From: Macrostomum lignano
Taxonomy: Eukaryota
DNA: 64,000 bases
Direction: 5' to 3'
NCBI GenBank assembly: GCA_002269645.1
Contig: NIVC01000179.1
Location: 110,111-174,110 of the forward strand
Shown here: positions 11,661 to 24,830 of the stretch, in pieces
Position numbering within the stretch: the stretch's first letter is position 1
How the letters are laid out: every line of letters starts with the position of its first letter
Translations under genes and position numbers: made by a program
The notes under the pieces: generated by a model
What the model was told of the DNA's origin: nothing
Databases searched by the model: none
What the model saw: only the letters and a program-made list of their open reading frames with translations

Positions 11661-14600
11661 CTATCTAAAAGTTCTGGCGCTATCCTAGCTAGCCTAAAAG
11701 TTTAAATTTCTAAAAAAACAAGCTGGACATTCCCTGATGCAACCAAAATATAACTCTTGGATAGTACTGAGCTTGACTGCACTCGGGTTTCGGGACAGTG
11801 GGTCCAGTAAAAAGTTTATGAGCCGGCGGCTTGCCTTCTTTGATCCCAGCCCAGCACTAGGAGCAGGAGGGGAAATTCCCAACGTTCGTCGTGCGCATGA
11901 TAAAATCGGATCGCTAAATAGCCCCCCCCCACAGATGGTGGGATAAATGCACCCGGAGATTCCGGAGATTTAGACAACACGTTGTTAAGTAGTCCTTGGA
12001 TTTAGATTGGTAGATTCAGCATAGAGTCTGCGCCGGACCATTGGTAAAATTTGAACAAAAAGCGACGAAAATGTGACATTTTTTGTTGAATCCCTTGCAG
12101 TCACCATGGTGATCTGACAATGACCAGAAAAAATGATTAGGCTTTCAGTTGTTGCAATGCCAAATAAATGATACCTTATATTATATTGCTCCGTGACCTT
12201 TTTGCAAATAGCATTTTGCAAATCGGCGACCATCTTGGCTAATTTGGTTCATTCAATAGTTGAATAGTCTATGGTCATAAGTTGGAGCTTCGACCCACAC
12301 CCAATTCCGGCCCAAATGTCTATGGTACAATACCAGTAATACAACTGACGGCGCCTGGAACTAGACCCAATCACGTGGGTCGTGGGTGGAGGTCTCTCAC
12401 GTGCTTCACTTGCGGAGGGAAGTATGCGTGTGCATTGCCAGTCCAAAAGAAACACTATTAGACACAGTGTTAGCCATGAATTTTATATTTGGGTTCAAAT
12501 GGAATACCGTCCATGATATCCACTGGCTTTAGAGAGGCTTGGCTGAGTCATGTGACATGCTAGACAAGGCCAGACGCGCATTGTCGGTCCCGTGCTCAGC
12601 GCTCCACTCCTCTTTCTTTTTCCTCGCATGAGTCACTCACTCACTCGCTTTCCTCTCAAGCCTGGGCTGAACTCGCGCGCACACTTAGCATGCCGGGGGG
12701 GGGGGGTTGCCACAGCCTGCCCAGAGCTCTCTTTTCCAAGTCCTATAATAGCTGAGCAAGGATGGGGCGTGCGTGCGGTCCACCCACCAACCCTCCCTGC
12801 CCCCAGGGGAGTCTGAGCTCAGAGCGCAACCCTGGAGCGCAAGATGACTCAACGGCGTACAGTCTGAAAGAATTGCCTGTAACAGTCTCCTTACTATCCT
12901 TGCAATAGCGCTTGAAATGTGAATTTTTCAATCAATATCAAATAAACAATGAGGAGCAAATCAATAAAGCATGAAGTCAATAGTCAATGCTTGGGGCCTA
13001 GCAGCCGACTTAAATAAGCTTCAGTCGGATACATACATAAAATTTTTGGCTGATCTCTCCTTTCCATTTTCCTGAATTTCCTGAATAGGTCGCATTAGTC
13101 AACAAGCATGACTCATCTGAAACACACTGAGGCAGCAGCTAGCTCTGTGAAAATCCTCTCGCTAAACAAAGACCGAATAGCTTAGCTATCCACGATTAAT
13201 GCAGGTCTTTAGCTCCAAACATGAACAGACAGGAAATTGTAAGAATTTAGTTTTGTCTTGGCTCGGGACTCGATTAAGTATATGAATATGTATTTAGCAC
13301 GGCCGAGAGAGGGGAGCGAAGTCTGCGAAGAGACGGGGAGCAAGTTAAATTATCGTTAAAAATGATGACAAAAATCGAACTAAATGAATTGGAAAAATTG
13401 CGCGATTAATTTAAGAGAAATTACACAAGCTGTGCGAGAAGACGGAGAATGAATAGAGCAAAACACAACACCAATTAGCGTGCTCGGGTGTTTAACTTAA
13501 TACAAAAATCAGTATTTGAGGTTGTCCGCGGAAAAATTCTGGGGCTTTGACTTTTCCAAATGAATGGTAAATCTCTTGATAACAAGTGCAAAAATAGCCT
13601 TGAATGATGATATGACAAAGTTCTGATTCGGAATTCTCAGTACTCATCAGCCGGTGTCGGAAACACACGTCGCTAGCGAATCACAAGACCGCTTCCAAAA
13701 TGTGGGAGACCTTGCCGAGTCATGACCTCACAGGTGCTGTACAGCTCACTAATTCATAATTCGGATTCAATAATTCAATGTTTCCATATCTCGGCTCGGT
13801 CTCCTCCACATTTAGGAACCTCTAGCTTTGCACCTGAGTGAGCAGTGTTTAGAAAATATAGCAGACGAGTGTTCTCAGACGCACAGATATACTCCAAGCA
13901 TAGTGGGAGATATGATATAGGGCGGATATTTATAAATCTATTGTCACGCAGAGGGGGGAGATGCAGAATTGTTATCGCGGATTAGAACTTCTGGTCAGAG
14001 CAATTTGCTATATGAAGTATGAATAAATGAAATATAATATATAGAGTCCATATTCCATACCGATATTAGCAGCAACAATCCAGCAGTAAAAATGTACACG
14101 GAGCAGGTGAGGGCACCATTTTCAAACGATCGCAACAGGTGGTGTTAAATTTGAAAAAAAAACTATCGCATTGGTTTTGCAGGCGAAAGTGCAAATATCG
14201 AACAGCGATGCAGACACAAAAACTCGATGATCACACCCGCACAAAGATATTGCCTATGTTAGCAAAAATAGTCGACACGTAGCTGGAACAGTGGATTAAA
14301 ATAATTTATCATAGCGGCTAGATTCGATCAAACTATATAAAATGGGAGGGCATATCTCAAACATCGAATTTCTGGGGGGGGGGCGATTTGCGGGTACTCG
14401 AATTAAATGATTTTAGTGCCATCAGCTGAGTAAAATGCACTGCAGTTGTTGTGCTTGGATTTGCAGCCATATAAAGCAATAGAAAAATACCTAAACTATA
14501 TGCTGGATCTCTCGACGTGAAAAGCTATCTAGATATAAAAGTACGCACAAAATCTCGTTAAAAAATTGTCAGTTAAAGCGTACAGTCCCGTCTTCAGCTA

Positions 14601-16127
14601 GGAGCGCACAGTGCAAACATCTTTTTCGATGAAAATTGTTGACTAATAAAATTAGGATTAAAATAGATTCAATGGGAAAACCAACTATTAGGAGAGCTGC
14701 GATTGAGAAGCGTCAGTTAGAAAAATAGAGAATGCGGATGCCAGGCCGTTCGGACAAAATTGCAAATTCGCACAGCTAAATGCCTGCCTAATTGACAAAC
14801 GGAAAGGAAAACTGCTCTGATTTATAGTTGCTTTTGTTTAGGGATTTTTTTTAGAAAAAAAGCTATCGATGAATAAACGCAGGCAGCGGTTAGAAAATCT
14901 GACCGAAGTACAAAAAGATCGGCAGTGGCAGCGTCATTGAAGTTCGCGTTTAAGTCTCTAGCAAAAAATAAACCAAGCAGTGGCCATCCATTGCGACAAG
15001 CTGAGTAAAAAATAGGAGTTAAAAATATTGAACGAATTTGAGAGCCGCGAATTGAAAATGTGGGGTGAGGGGCACTTGTTAAAGCTGCTGAAATGAGTTG
15101 ATGGATAGCACGGACAGATGGTAGAACCGGTAAATTTGTCTAAAAAATTTCATCTAAAAACTGTTTCTAAAAAGTGTTTAAAACTGACGTAAATCGAGGA
15201 TCCAATTTGCGGGGTTTCAATACATTAGCAGGCAGATAACTATGGTAGAAAATTCGCTGATTTGTAACAGATTTGCAGCAAGAATATCCGAAGGGAGCAG
15301 CGGACAGTCACCGAGCTTGGATCAGCTAATTTATAAACGCAGAGTTATAATAGTTGAAAAATGAATTCGGACATCATTATGTACAGTGCGCAACGCCTAC
15401 AGTCAGACTGCATTGGAATTAACAGTGACAATTGTGAGAGCAATATCGATTAGCCAATTGATTAATTCCCGCAAATGCATCCAGTCCTACTGCATCTATA
15501 CAGAGATAAAATATATGTATATAATATAGTATATATATATTCGACATAGTATATATATATATATGTATAACGTAAAACGCAAAATTGCTAATGATATTTA
15601 ACTTAGTGGCGAGGTACTACGAAAATACGAGCATTTCAAGTAGCAAATAGACCTTTGTGAGGCGCCTTGAAATACTGTACCAATAGATAAATAGATTTAT
15701 ATGCAGAAATAGACTATAATATAGGAATTTGATAGGCTATCTCCGCTTTAAAGCAAAATATTAATAAAAAACTTTCATAGCAAATGATAGATTTGTAATT
15801 AAAAAAAGAGAAATTTCAAAAAAACGCGCGCCGACCTTATAGTAGGAAAATAGAAAATAGAGAAGCAATGAACTTTGCGTCAGTGCAAAATATAGCAAAC
15901 AGAAGTTTGAGAACTGGCAGGCTGTGCGATAAAATACAACATTCGCTGTCGCTGCAGACATTTAATAAAACATCGAGTAAATTCTCCGCTTTGGAGGGGG
16001 AACGCATTTCGGGCATTGTTAATATACAACTATTAATAGAAAGATTAATAATATGAGCAGACGCGCTCAGTGCATGCATACCGGTGACCTCAAACAAACT
16101 CATCCGGTGAGTTTCGGAGCCACATTC

Positions 16128-18600
16128 TCACATCCAGCCTGGCCCGGGTCGGAAGCCGCTGGCAGCGACAGCACCGGCACCGGGCGGCTGCGGTGACACC
16201 TGCTCATCGCTGCGCGACTTCGTCATGGCGCTGGCGGCAGCGCCCGCACCGACCGTGCCGGGGGCCGCCGAGCCGGCGTGCTGCGCGTCGGCCGAGAAGC
16301 GTCGATCCCCGGTGACCAGGCAGCTGGGCCCGCCGCTGTACATCATTGGATTCCAGACGCCAGTCTGCATGTAACGACGCGGCGACTCCTGGCCGGAAGA
16401 GCCGGCGGAACTGGTTGGAGCGCTGGCACGAGCGGCGGCCGAGCCCCAGAGGTCGTCCATCTCGCTGATCAGCTGTTTCACGCTGGCCGGGTTGTGGTCT
16501 CCGTCAGCCGCGCCAACCAACGGGCGACCGGCAGCGGCCGCGGCAGATCGGCCGAGCACAGGCGTGTTGCTTCCCGGCGGGCTGCCCTGCGCTGTACGGC
16601 GCTGGTTGTCCTCAACCTGACGCCGTTGGTGAAAGTCGCGCACCAGCTTGGAAGCCTCGGCAGACGGCTCCAAGTCTGGGTCGAGCCAGAGGCCCTGGCA
16701 GCGCAGCGTCACGTACTCGCAGATGAGCTGCTTGGCGAACTTGACCTTGTCAGGCGTGCCGCAGATGGTGAAGTAGGTCTGAGGCGGCGGTAGGCCGGGG
16801 ATCGATTCCTGCTTCCGCGGCGTGGCGATGTGCGTGTCCGACAGCTGCTGCACCCAGCGAATGGTCTGGCCGGAGGCGCCCACGATGAGGCCCACTTTGT
16901 CCTGCTCGACGTACAGTCGATCCTCGATGCGGTTGGGCTCCACACGGTGGAGTCGCTCCTGCTGCACCTTGGTGAAGTGCTCGCTCATCTGCAGGATGAT
17001 GCGCTTGGCCTGCATTTATGAGTGAAGAGAGTGGAGTTTAGTGAATCATTGGAATAAGAGTTTAGCATATCAATAACATTACATAGAGTTTGAGATGTTA
17101 TGGAGTCAAATAGGAAGGTATATACGTGAGTCAGATTGTCAAAACTGTAAATTTTATTATTTATGTAACTATACATCAAGTCTACAAAATCTTATTTGGT
17201 GAACAAATTCTTAATAGTGTAAGAATGGTCGCAACTGGAAGCTGCATGTTTTTTTTCATACCGGGGCACGGAGAATAACAATGTTGGGGGTCTCTCGTTT
17301 TAGCAGTGCGGCCTAAAACACAATTTAAGTGTACATTAACGCGATCAGTTTTTGGCATACTAAAAAGATTTTATACTCACCTCTGCTAGTTTCTCAGGTA
17401 GGCCCGTCACCTCAAAGATGGGCGGCTCATCCCGCGAAGGCGTCTTCACCCACACCTTGAGCTGCTCGCGCAACTGCTTGATCCGCTGACCTGCAGGTTT
17501 TACGAACAGGCGGGGATAAAAAGGGTTGCGATAATGTACGAGCGTACACAGTATGTGCTGTGTGCGTGCTGCCTATGCCTAGTGCTTACTTGAGCATTTC
17601 GCTGAGCTGGCACTTGTGGTTTTACTTAGAGTCGGCGAGAGCTATTGAGCTTTCATTTCATTATCATCAATAAATTTGCAACACGCCTTGTATAGATTAC
17701 TGCTAGTTTAGAAAACACGATAAAGATTCTATTGTACTTACTGTATATTATACATGTATAGTAGCTGCATCTAGACAACGCCTAGACAACGAAAACGTAG
17801 AAAATTTATACTTGACAATCGCTAAATAATGCATTAGACTCAAACTGCCAACTGCCTCCTCAAAAAGCTCAGATTCAAAGCTCGTTCAAGGAATTGTTTT
17901 CATTGCAAAAATGGATGCAGTAGAGACTGGAAAAAGAACTTCACTCACCATTTTTGCCAACTATTTCGGCCACGTGATCAGAAGAGGGCACCTGAATTCT
18001 CTCGGTGATCGTCATATAGCGCTTCTCCTGGTTAGCCAGCGGATCCGGCAGCACGCCCTGCAGAATGTCCAGCGTCTGCTTCTTCTGCGAAATCTTCTGC
18101 TGCAGCGATTCGAAATCCGTCGCGCCATATTGCACCGGCTTGGCAGGCGCAATCATTCCCGGATAGTTGCAGTTCATCTGGCTGAACTGCTGAGTGTTGC
18201 CACTAAGTGGGTTAAAAGCGTAGTTCATGTCAGCGGAGCCAGGATAGGCACCCGTACTGTTGCGGTTGCTCTGGTACTGAGAAGCATTTCCAGCGGCGTA
18301 CATTTGGTCTTCTAGTTTTACGTTCTCGTACATGCCAGCGTGTCCGTGACCATTTTGATCAGCGCCAGCTAGAGCCATTGCCGAGGGTGAATTTTGACTG
18401 GCCTGCATGTATGGTATGATGTTGTCAAGGTCTAGGTTTAGACCATGAAAATCTACGCCAGAAAAGGCAGATAGATAATCCGAGAAGGCAAGCTGATTCT
18501 TAGTGCTGTCCGCAGATAGCATTGCTGATGGATGACTGAAAGCGGCAGAATCCGAATAAGGGACGGATTGAATCTGACTATCTCCAATTGATTCACTCAT
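16128..18600 (-). CDS. mex3: MEX-3 family tandem-KH RNA-binding protein (3 exons: 18600-17949, 17490-17381, 17009-16128), no RING finger
   Basis: The spliced product reads ITERIQVPSSDHVAEIVGKNG|QRIKQLREQLKVWVKTPSRDEPPIFEVTGLPEKLAE|AKRIILQMSEHF, matching MEX3 KH1 ([21 protein letters not shown]...KTP...F.VTG...SAAEHF). KH2 follows (KVGLIVGASGQTIRWVQQLSDTHIATP). GT-AG sites are in compatible phases. Confidence 0.93.
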
Positions 18601-20144
18601 TGTGTGTTTCGCTAAATTAAGTGAATAATGACAGCACCTACGAAGCCGAATAGATGAGGGTCGCCGGGCATGCTAAGTAACTTAGCACGTTGAATCACTT
18701 CTTATATAACCGCGCTTTTTTTACCACGTAGACAAACAAATTTTTGGATTAAAAACTAAAATAAAATAATGGAGTAAGACTGTTTTGCAGTATATTCGAT
18801 TTATTTCTTAAAAGTGTAGTCGTGGTAAGTAAAAAATAAAAATGGAAGCTTTGATTAATATGTTTTAAATATTTTGTGACTGCTTTGGACGCGCCTTGGA
18901 ATGGCTTGGATATCCTAAACTAAACTGGCGTCGCGTTCTTTTGGTTTGGCTTTCATTTCCACTTTTTTACAGTTGAAGATTTATTCTTTACATATAATCT
19001 AATATATTTCTAGGCGAAGTTTTATACCTAAGGGTAATCTAACATATCAGCAATATATATTTATAGACCTCAGTAAACCAAGATCAAGGCAATTTATAAT
19101 AAATGCAATTTAATTAAAAAATAACAGATATTCAGAGCTGCTAGTTTTCTCCATGAATATTTTAAAAAATTTCTGTTACAATTTTAAAGACATGCGAAAT
19201 ACATTGCTTTTTATAATCTAGATATTCTGTTTAGCATCAGGAGCTGAATATTTATTAAAAGGAATTTTATAAGTAAATTAATTCAGAAGCACAATATAAT
19301 ACATGAGTAGTCACTTTATTCAGTAAATTTTATTAACTTCAGCAACTTCATTAAAATGTATCTTCAATAATTAGTTATTTATAGGTTAGGTAGCTGCAAA
19401 ATTAATATAAACACTCAATTTTTTTTATATAATCAGTATACATAAAAATACAAAATTTAAAACCCTTTGAATGCTAATTTCCAAAAGTATACCTTTGGGA
19501 TTTTAAAAATCAAGGTTTTAGTGCTACTTTTAAGCATAAGTAGGCCTAGTAAAATTTAATATGCTAATTTCATACTGATCTTCCCCTATCTACAAGTGCA
19601 TTCTTAATACTAGAAAGAACTTTGTTGGCAATAAATTGTCAAAATTAATAAAACATTTTGAGTGAAAAAAATAATTAATTAATATTTAGGCATATTTTTT
19701 GACTTCTGTAAATTTGATTAAAGGCTTTTTAAAATTAGAAATACAAAAACATTTTTCCCACCAGTTCTATTCAAATATATTAAATCTTGTTTTACTCTTG
19801 ATTCTTAACATAGTAAGTATCAATAAAACTACTAAGAATTTTGTTGCGCTAATTTTTGTTGATCATAGAATTTAATGCTATAAGTATATCAAATCAAATA
19901 TAACATTGTTGTTAATAACAGTTGGCAATATAAAATTTAATACATACAATATTAAATTGAATAAACTTGCATATGGTTTACTTAAATTAAATATTAAACT
20001 TTTAATCAGTAAGGCACATATTACTTGGCCTTTTTAAAAACATTTAAATAATAGCAAAAAAATAATGAACTTTTAACTGAGTAATGCCCTCTAAGCTTTA
20101 ATAAGCACAATAAAATGTCAATATAATAGAAAAGTGAATGATGT

Positions 20145-20298
20145 CCTGTTAGACACAGTTCAGAGTGACGCCCTGTTAGACACTTGGATATGGGTAAAGT
20201 GACGCCCTGTTAGACACTTGGATAGGGGTAAAGTGACGCCCTGTTAGACACTTGGATACGGGTAAAGTGACGCCCTGTTAGACACTTGGATACGGGTA
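20145..20298. repeat. 34-bp tandem repeat (AGTGACGCCCTGTTAGACACTTGGATAYGGGTAA), ~4 copies
   Basis: Direct repeat; shares the AGTGACGCCCTG core with the adjacent 30-bp array. Confidence 0.9.
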
Positions 20299-20307
20299 AT
20301 ATGTATA

Positions 20308-20850
20308 TGATCTTGATCTTGAGTTGTGGAGTGACGCCCTGATCTTGAACCAGTTGTGGAGTGACGCCCTGATCTTGAACCAGTTGTGGAGTGACGCCCT
20401 GATCTTGAACCAGTTGTGGAGTGACGCCCTGATCTTGAACCAGTTGTTGAGTGACGCCCTGATCTTGAACCAGTTGTTGAGTGACGCCCTGATCTTGAAC
20501 CAGTTGTGGAGTGACGCCCTGATCTTGAACCAGTTGTGGAGTGACGCCCTGATCTTGAACCAGTTGTGGAGTGACGCCCTGATCTTGAACCAGTTGTTGA
20601 GTGACGCCCTGATCTTGAACCAGTTGTGGAGTGACGCTCTGATCTTGAACCAGTTGTGGAGTGACGCCCTGATCTTGAACCAGTTGTGGAGTGACGCCCT
20701 GATCTTGAACCAGTTGTGGAGTGACGCCCTGATCTTGAACCAGTTGTGGAGTGACGCCCTGATCTTGAACCAGTTGTGGAGTGACGCCCTGATCTTGAAC
20801 CAGTTGTGGAGTGACGCCCTGATCTTGAACCAGTTGTGGAGTGACGCCCG
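20308..20850. repeat. 30-bp minisatellite (GAGTGACGCCCTGATCTTGAACCAGTTGTG)n, ~18 copies
   Basis: Near-perfect tandem array ending about 150 bp upstream of the SPO11 ATG; accounts for ORFs 20210-21229. Confidence 0.97.
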
Positions 20851-21002
20851 GAGTTGTAGGGGATTCACTAGTTATAATCAGAAATACTGCAGCTTGGATA
20901 CGCCGAACAGTTAAGCAGCGGAGACTCCTTGCATTTAATTTAGAGTTCACTAGCTGTACACATGATCGATTTAATTGCAGCATTGCACTTCTAATCATCG
21001 GC

Positions 21003-22688
21003 ATGTCAGCCCCAGCAAACAATAGCGACCCAGCATCTGTGGCCAGCCAAATCGAGGCCCTGGTGTCGGCCGCGGTCGAGGACCTGCTGGCTGGCAGGCA
21101 GCCGACTTTGTCTAGGCGGCCTGACCGGGGCAGAGGCTCGGCTCGCGCCCGCGCCAGCGCCCTGGCCAAACGGGCCCGCCTGCTAGCGCTGGTGCAGTCG
21201 CTGGTGCTGTCCGGCTCTGTGGCTACCAAGCGCGATCTTTACTACTTAGATCCGCAGTTCTGGGGCTGCCAGGTTGGTCACTGGTATCTTTTGTTTTGCA
21301 TTAGGCAGTATTAAAATTTGCATTTTGAACTTTAAAAGATTGTGAAGCTCCACCTTTGTACGACCAGAGACCGGCAGAGAGTGCACTTTTACTGTCAAGA
21401 GACTCTCTGGCTCATCGGACCTGATTCAGAACCTGCTAACGTCGCTCAGAGATCCTTAAACAGAAACCCAACCGACACCACTCAGAAACCCACCGAGACC
21501 ACTCAGAAACCCACCCGACACTCCTGAGAAACCCACCGAGACCACTCAGAAACCCACCGACACAACTCAGAAACCCACCCGACAACACTCAGAAACCCAC
21601 CCGACACCACTCAGAAACCAACCCGACACCACTCAGAAACCCACCCGACAACACTCAGAAACCCACCCGACACCACTCAGAAACCCACCCGAGTCCCCAA
21701 CAACACTCAGAAACCCACCCGACAACACTCAGAAACCCACCCGACACCACTCAGAAACCCACCCGACACCACTCAGAAACCCACCCGACAACACTCAGAA
21801 ACCCACCCGACACCACTCAGAAACCCACCCGACACTCCTCAGAGGCCCTAATAGCCTTTAGAGACCCGCTATCCCTCAGACAAAAATCATTATTATTAAG
21901 TCCCTATGGTTGAATCTCATCTGGCCCTCCCTCAATACCCGCGTTAGCGAGCCCTCGACAACCGTCTCGACCGCCTGTGCCAGGAGCTGGACAGGCCGCG
22001 CTGGGATCTGAACGTGATCGCCGCCTCCAAGACCTCCCTCTTCGGCAACTGCCGCATCCGCCTGCACTCGGAGGCGTCCGCATCCACCGGCGGAGGCGCC
22101 CTTATTGACTGCTCCGCCGAGCCCAAACTGCTGCCAGGCGACCTCCGGCGCATCGCGGAGGTTCATTGCGACGCCGACTATATCCTGGTGGTGGAGAAGG
22201 ACGCCGTCTTCCAGCACCTCGTGGAGCGTCGGACCGCCCTGTCGCAGCGATTCGGCACGCCGCTCCTGCTGACCTCGCGCGGCTTCCCGGAGCTGGCGGC
22301 GCGGGAGTTCCTCGCCAGGCTGAGCAGCCTGCTTGGCCACGCCGTACCGGTCTTTGCCCTGATGGATGCCGATCCCTACGGCCTCGAGATCTTTGCCTGC
22401 TACCTGGCCGCCCCGCTGCCCGGCATGCGGCTCCTCGGCCTGCGCCCGCTGGATCTCGGCCGCCTGATGCCGCCGGCGGCGCACCGGCTGCCGCTGACGT
22501 CGGCCGATTGTCGCCGACTCGACTCCCTGGCCGGCCGGGTGCCCGGACTGGCTGGCGAGGCCGCCGAGCTGCGCCGGCTGGGCTGGAAGTGCGAGATCGA
22601 AGCCCTGTACGAGATGGGCGCCGATTACCTGGCGTCTGAGTACCTGCCGGCCCGCCTGGGGGAGGAGGGCATGTCAATAGCTGAATAG
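21003..22688 (+). CDS. SPO11: Meiotic recombination protein SPO11 (topoisomerase VI A-like); exons 21003-21272 and 21948-22688, ~336 aa
   Basis: Catalytic-Tyr motif TKRDLYY in exon 1; cag|gt donor and ttag acceptor in phase 0. Exon 2 has LNVIAASK, the Toprim motif ILVVEKDAVF, RGFPE, DADPYGLEI (DxD) and a C-terminal KCEIEAL. Confidence 0.95.
21470..21843. repeat. ~23-bp C/A-rich minisatellite (CACTCAGAAACCCACCCGACAC) in the SPO11 intron
   Basis: Direct tandem repeat between the two SPO11 exons. Confidence 0.93.
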
Positions 22689-22829
22689 GTTCGTAGGGCG
22701 TCCGCTCAGCAGTTGCACTATCTGTGACCGCGGTTTGCGCTGAACATGTTTAGTGTTCATGCAGTTTGTTGTTTTGATCTACTGGATTATGTCAAACTGG
22801 CTTAAGTGCTTCTAGTTCTCACGGGTTGC

Positions 22830-23200
22830 ATCTAGTTCTGACAGGGTGCATCTAGTTCTGACAGGGTGCATCTAGTTCTGACAGAGTGCTTCTAGTTCTG
22901 ACAGGCTGCTTCTAGTTCTGACAGACTGCTTCTAGTTCTGACAGAGTACTTCTAGTTCTGACAGGGTGCATCTAGTTCTGACAGGGTGCTTCTAGTTCTG
23001 ACAGTGCTTCTAGTTCTGACAGAGTTCTTCTAGTTCTGACAAGGTGCATCTAGTTCTGACAGAGTACTTCTAGTTCTGACAGGGTGCATCTAGTTCTGAC
23101 AGTGCTTCTAGTTCTGACAGACTGCTTCTAGTTCTGACAAGGTGCATCTAGTTCTGACAGAGTGCTTCTAGTTCTGACAGAGTGCATCTACTTCTGACAG
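22830..23200. repeat. 20-bp minisatellite (CTAGTTCTGACAGRGTGCWT)
   Basis: Direct tandem repeat downstream of SPO11. Confidence 0.93.
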
Positions 23201-24830
23201 AATGCTTTGAGATCTCAGTGTTTGCAGACACAGATTTTTAATGTAAGAGGTTGTATTTATGAGAATTTCAACTCCAAATAGTTGCAATTAACAATGTTTT
23301 CTTTTTCTTTTTGTTTTTTTCAGTACAAATATTGTAGTTTGTTTTTGAGCTGCTTGTAATAGTTGATTTTTGAGGCAATATTAGAAATATATATAACCAG
23401 CTTTATAACGAACTGTTGTTATGAAGAATTTGTCGCAGATTTAAATTTGATTCGAGAATGAAGCCTGCAGTATTGAAACAATTCATCTTGCAGTGTTCTT
23501 CCACTATCAATATCAAATTATCAATAACGCAGAGGAAGAATAGACTTCAACAACAAGCATATAAGAAACAGTAGAAAAAAGCGAATAAAAATAATTTTTT
23601 ATATTTAAAATATCAAGGCTACGCCACCTCATCTGCGAGGTGAAAGTGTTCATCATCAATATCAGTTAAAAACCAAATGGGAATCTATTCGAGGCCTACA
23701 GGTAATTTGTTAGCGCTAATAACAGCATTCTGTAAAACAATCAGGAAGAGCAAAATCGGACGAAAGTTAACAGTGCAAAGCCAAAACAGCTATAGCTAAT
23801 GTCATTGTCAATGAGGAAGTTATAAACTTACATTTTTGGACTCTTACGGGTATAATACGAGACAGGAGTTACTAACAGTAGTACTACAAATATTTTTACC
23901 CAGAATGATGTAGATTTAACTCCAGCAGTTAAACGGTCAACCAAAAATTTTATAAGATAGGAATTTTAATTCGAATTAAAATTCCGATGTTTTTCACTTC
24001 CACCTTAAACAGCCCATCATCAGTAAACGCGTCTCAAGCGTCACGGCCCCTAGTTTGATTCCTGCCACACTTATGAGAGTGTACATGTCTGACAATAGCT
24101 CAGAAGTCAGCGGAATGGGCGCTGGTTGCGAGACGATCGTGTCGCCAAAGGCGTTGCGCCAGGGTGCCCGCAGCCATACTGCAACAATTTTATGAACATG
24201 AATCATAGCAGATTCTAGAACCAGAATAATTCAAGAGAAGCCTTATAGTCCGATGGGTAGTGGGGCTGTTATAGTGGTACTATTCAATATAATACAATAT
24301 AAAAACACGTGCTAGGATACAACTAGTAGACAAAGGCTAATCGTATAAAAAGCAAAGTAAAAATTAATTTCGTTGTCTCTAGTCAGATGGGGCGCTAACG
24401 CAAAAACGAAATATCACAACGCCGAAAATGATTTGATGAATATATGCGACGCAAAATATAATAGAATCTACTATCGATACTATAATATACAATTGATCCA
24501 ATGCCAGTGAAGGGGTCAGGCATAAAATACGAGTAAATTTAAATATCCAGTTCCTGAAATGTTGGCACTCCCCTCAGGTCATAGGCTGTTCCGATTGGTT
24601 TAAGCGCTTTCGTCAGCTAGAAGCTAAAAAATGACAAAGTTCGAATAAAAAAACAGACGGGCACATTAAACTCCAGTCAATCTGAAGTTGAATCGCTAAA
24701 TTTGTACAGGAAACGAGGCTCATTTTGGAAATCAGTCCTTACAAAGTCTTGAATTTTCACCAGCGTTAAATTCAGTATTCAGTAAAACAAAATTTAGCAT
24801 ATTAACTAATAAAAGTAGAAAGTTCAGCTA

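Noticed and set aside
11111-11705. Cys-rich metallothionein/keratin-like ORFs
   Set aside because: Products of the TG-rich compound minisatellite.
20210-21229. 339-aa minus-strand ORF and 196-aa repeat ORFs
   Set aside because: 30-bp repeat plus antisense of SPO11 exon 1.
23994-24206. Coding-like minus-strand exon (WLRAPWRNAFGDTIVSQP...)
   Set aside because: Plausible splice sites, but no partner exons or recognisable homology; not enough support to annotate.
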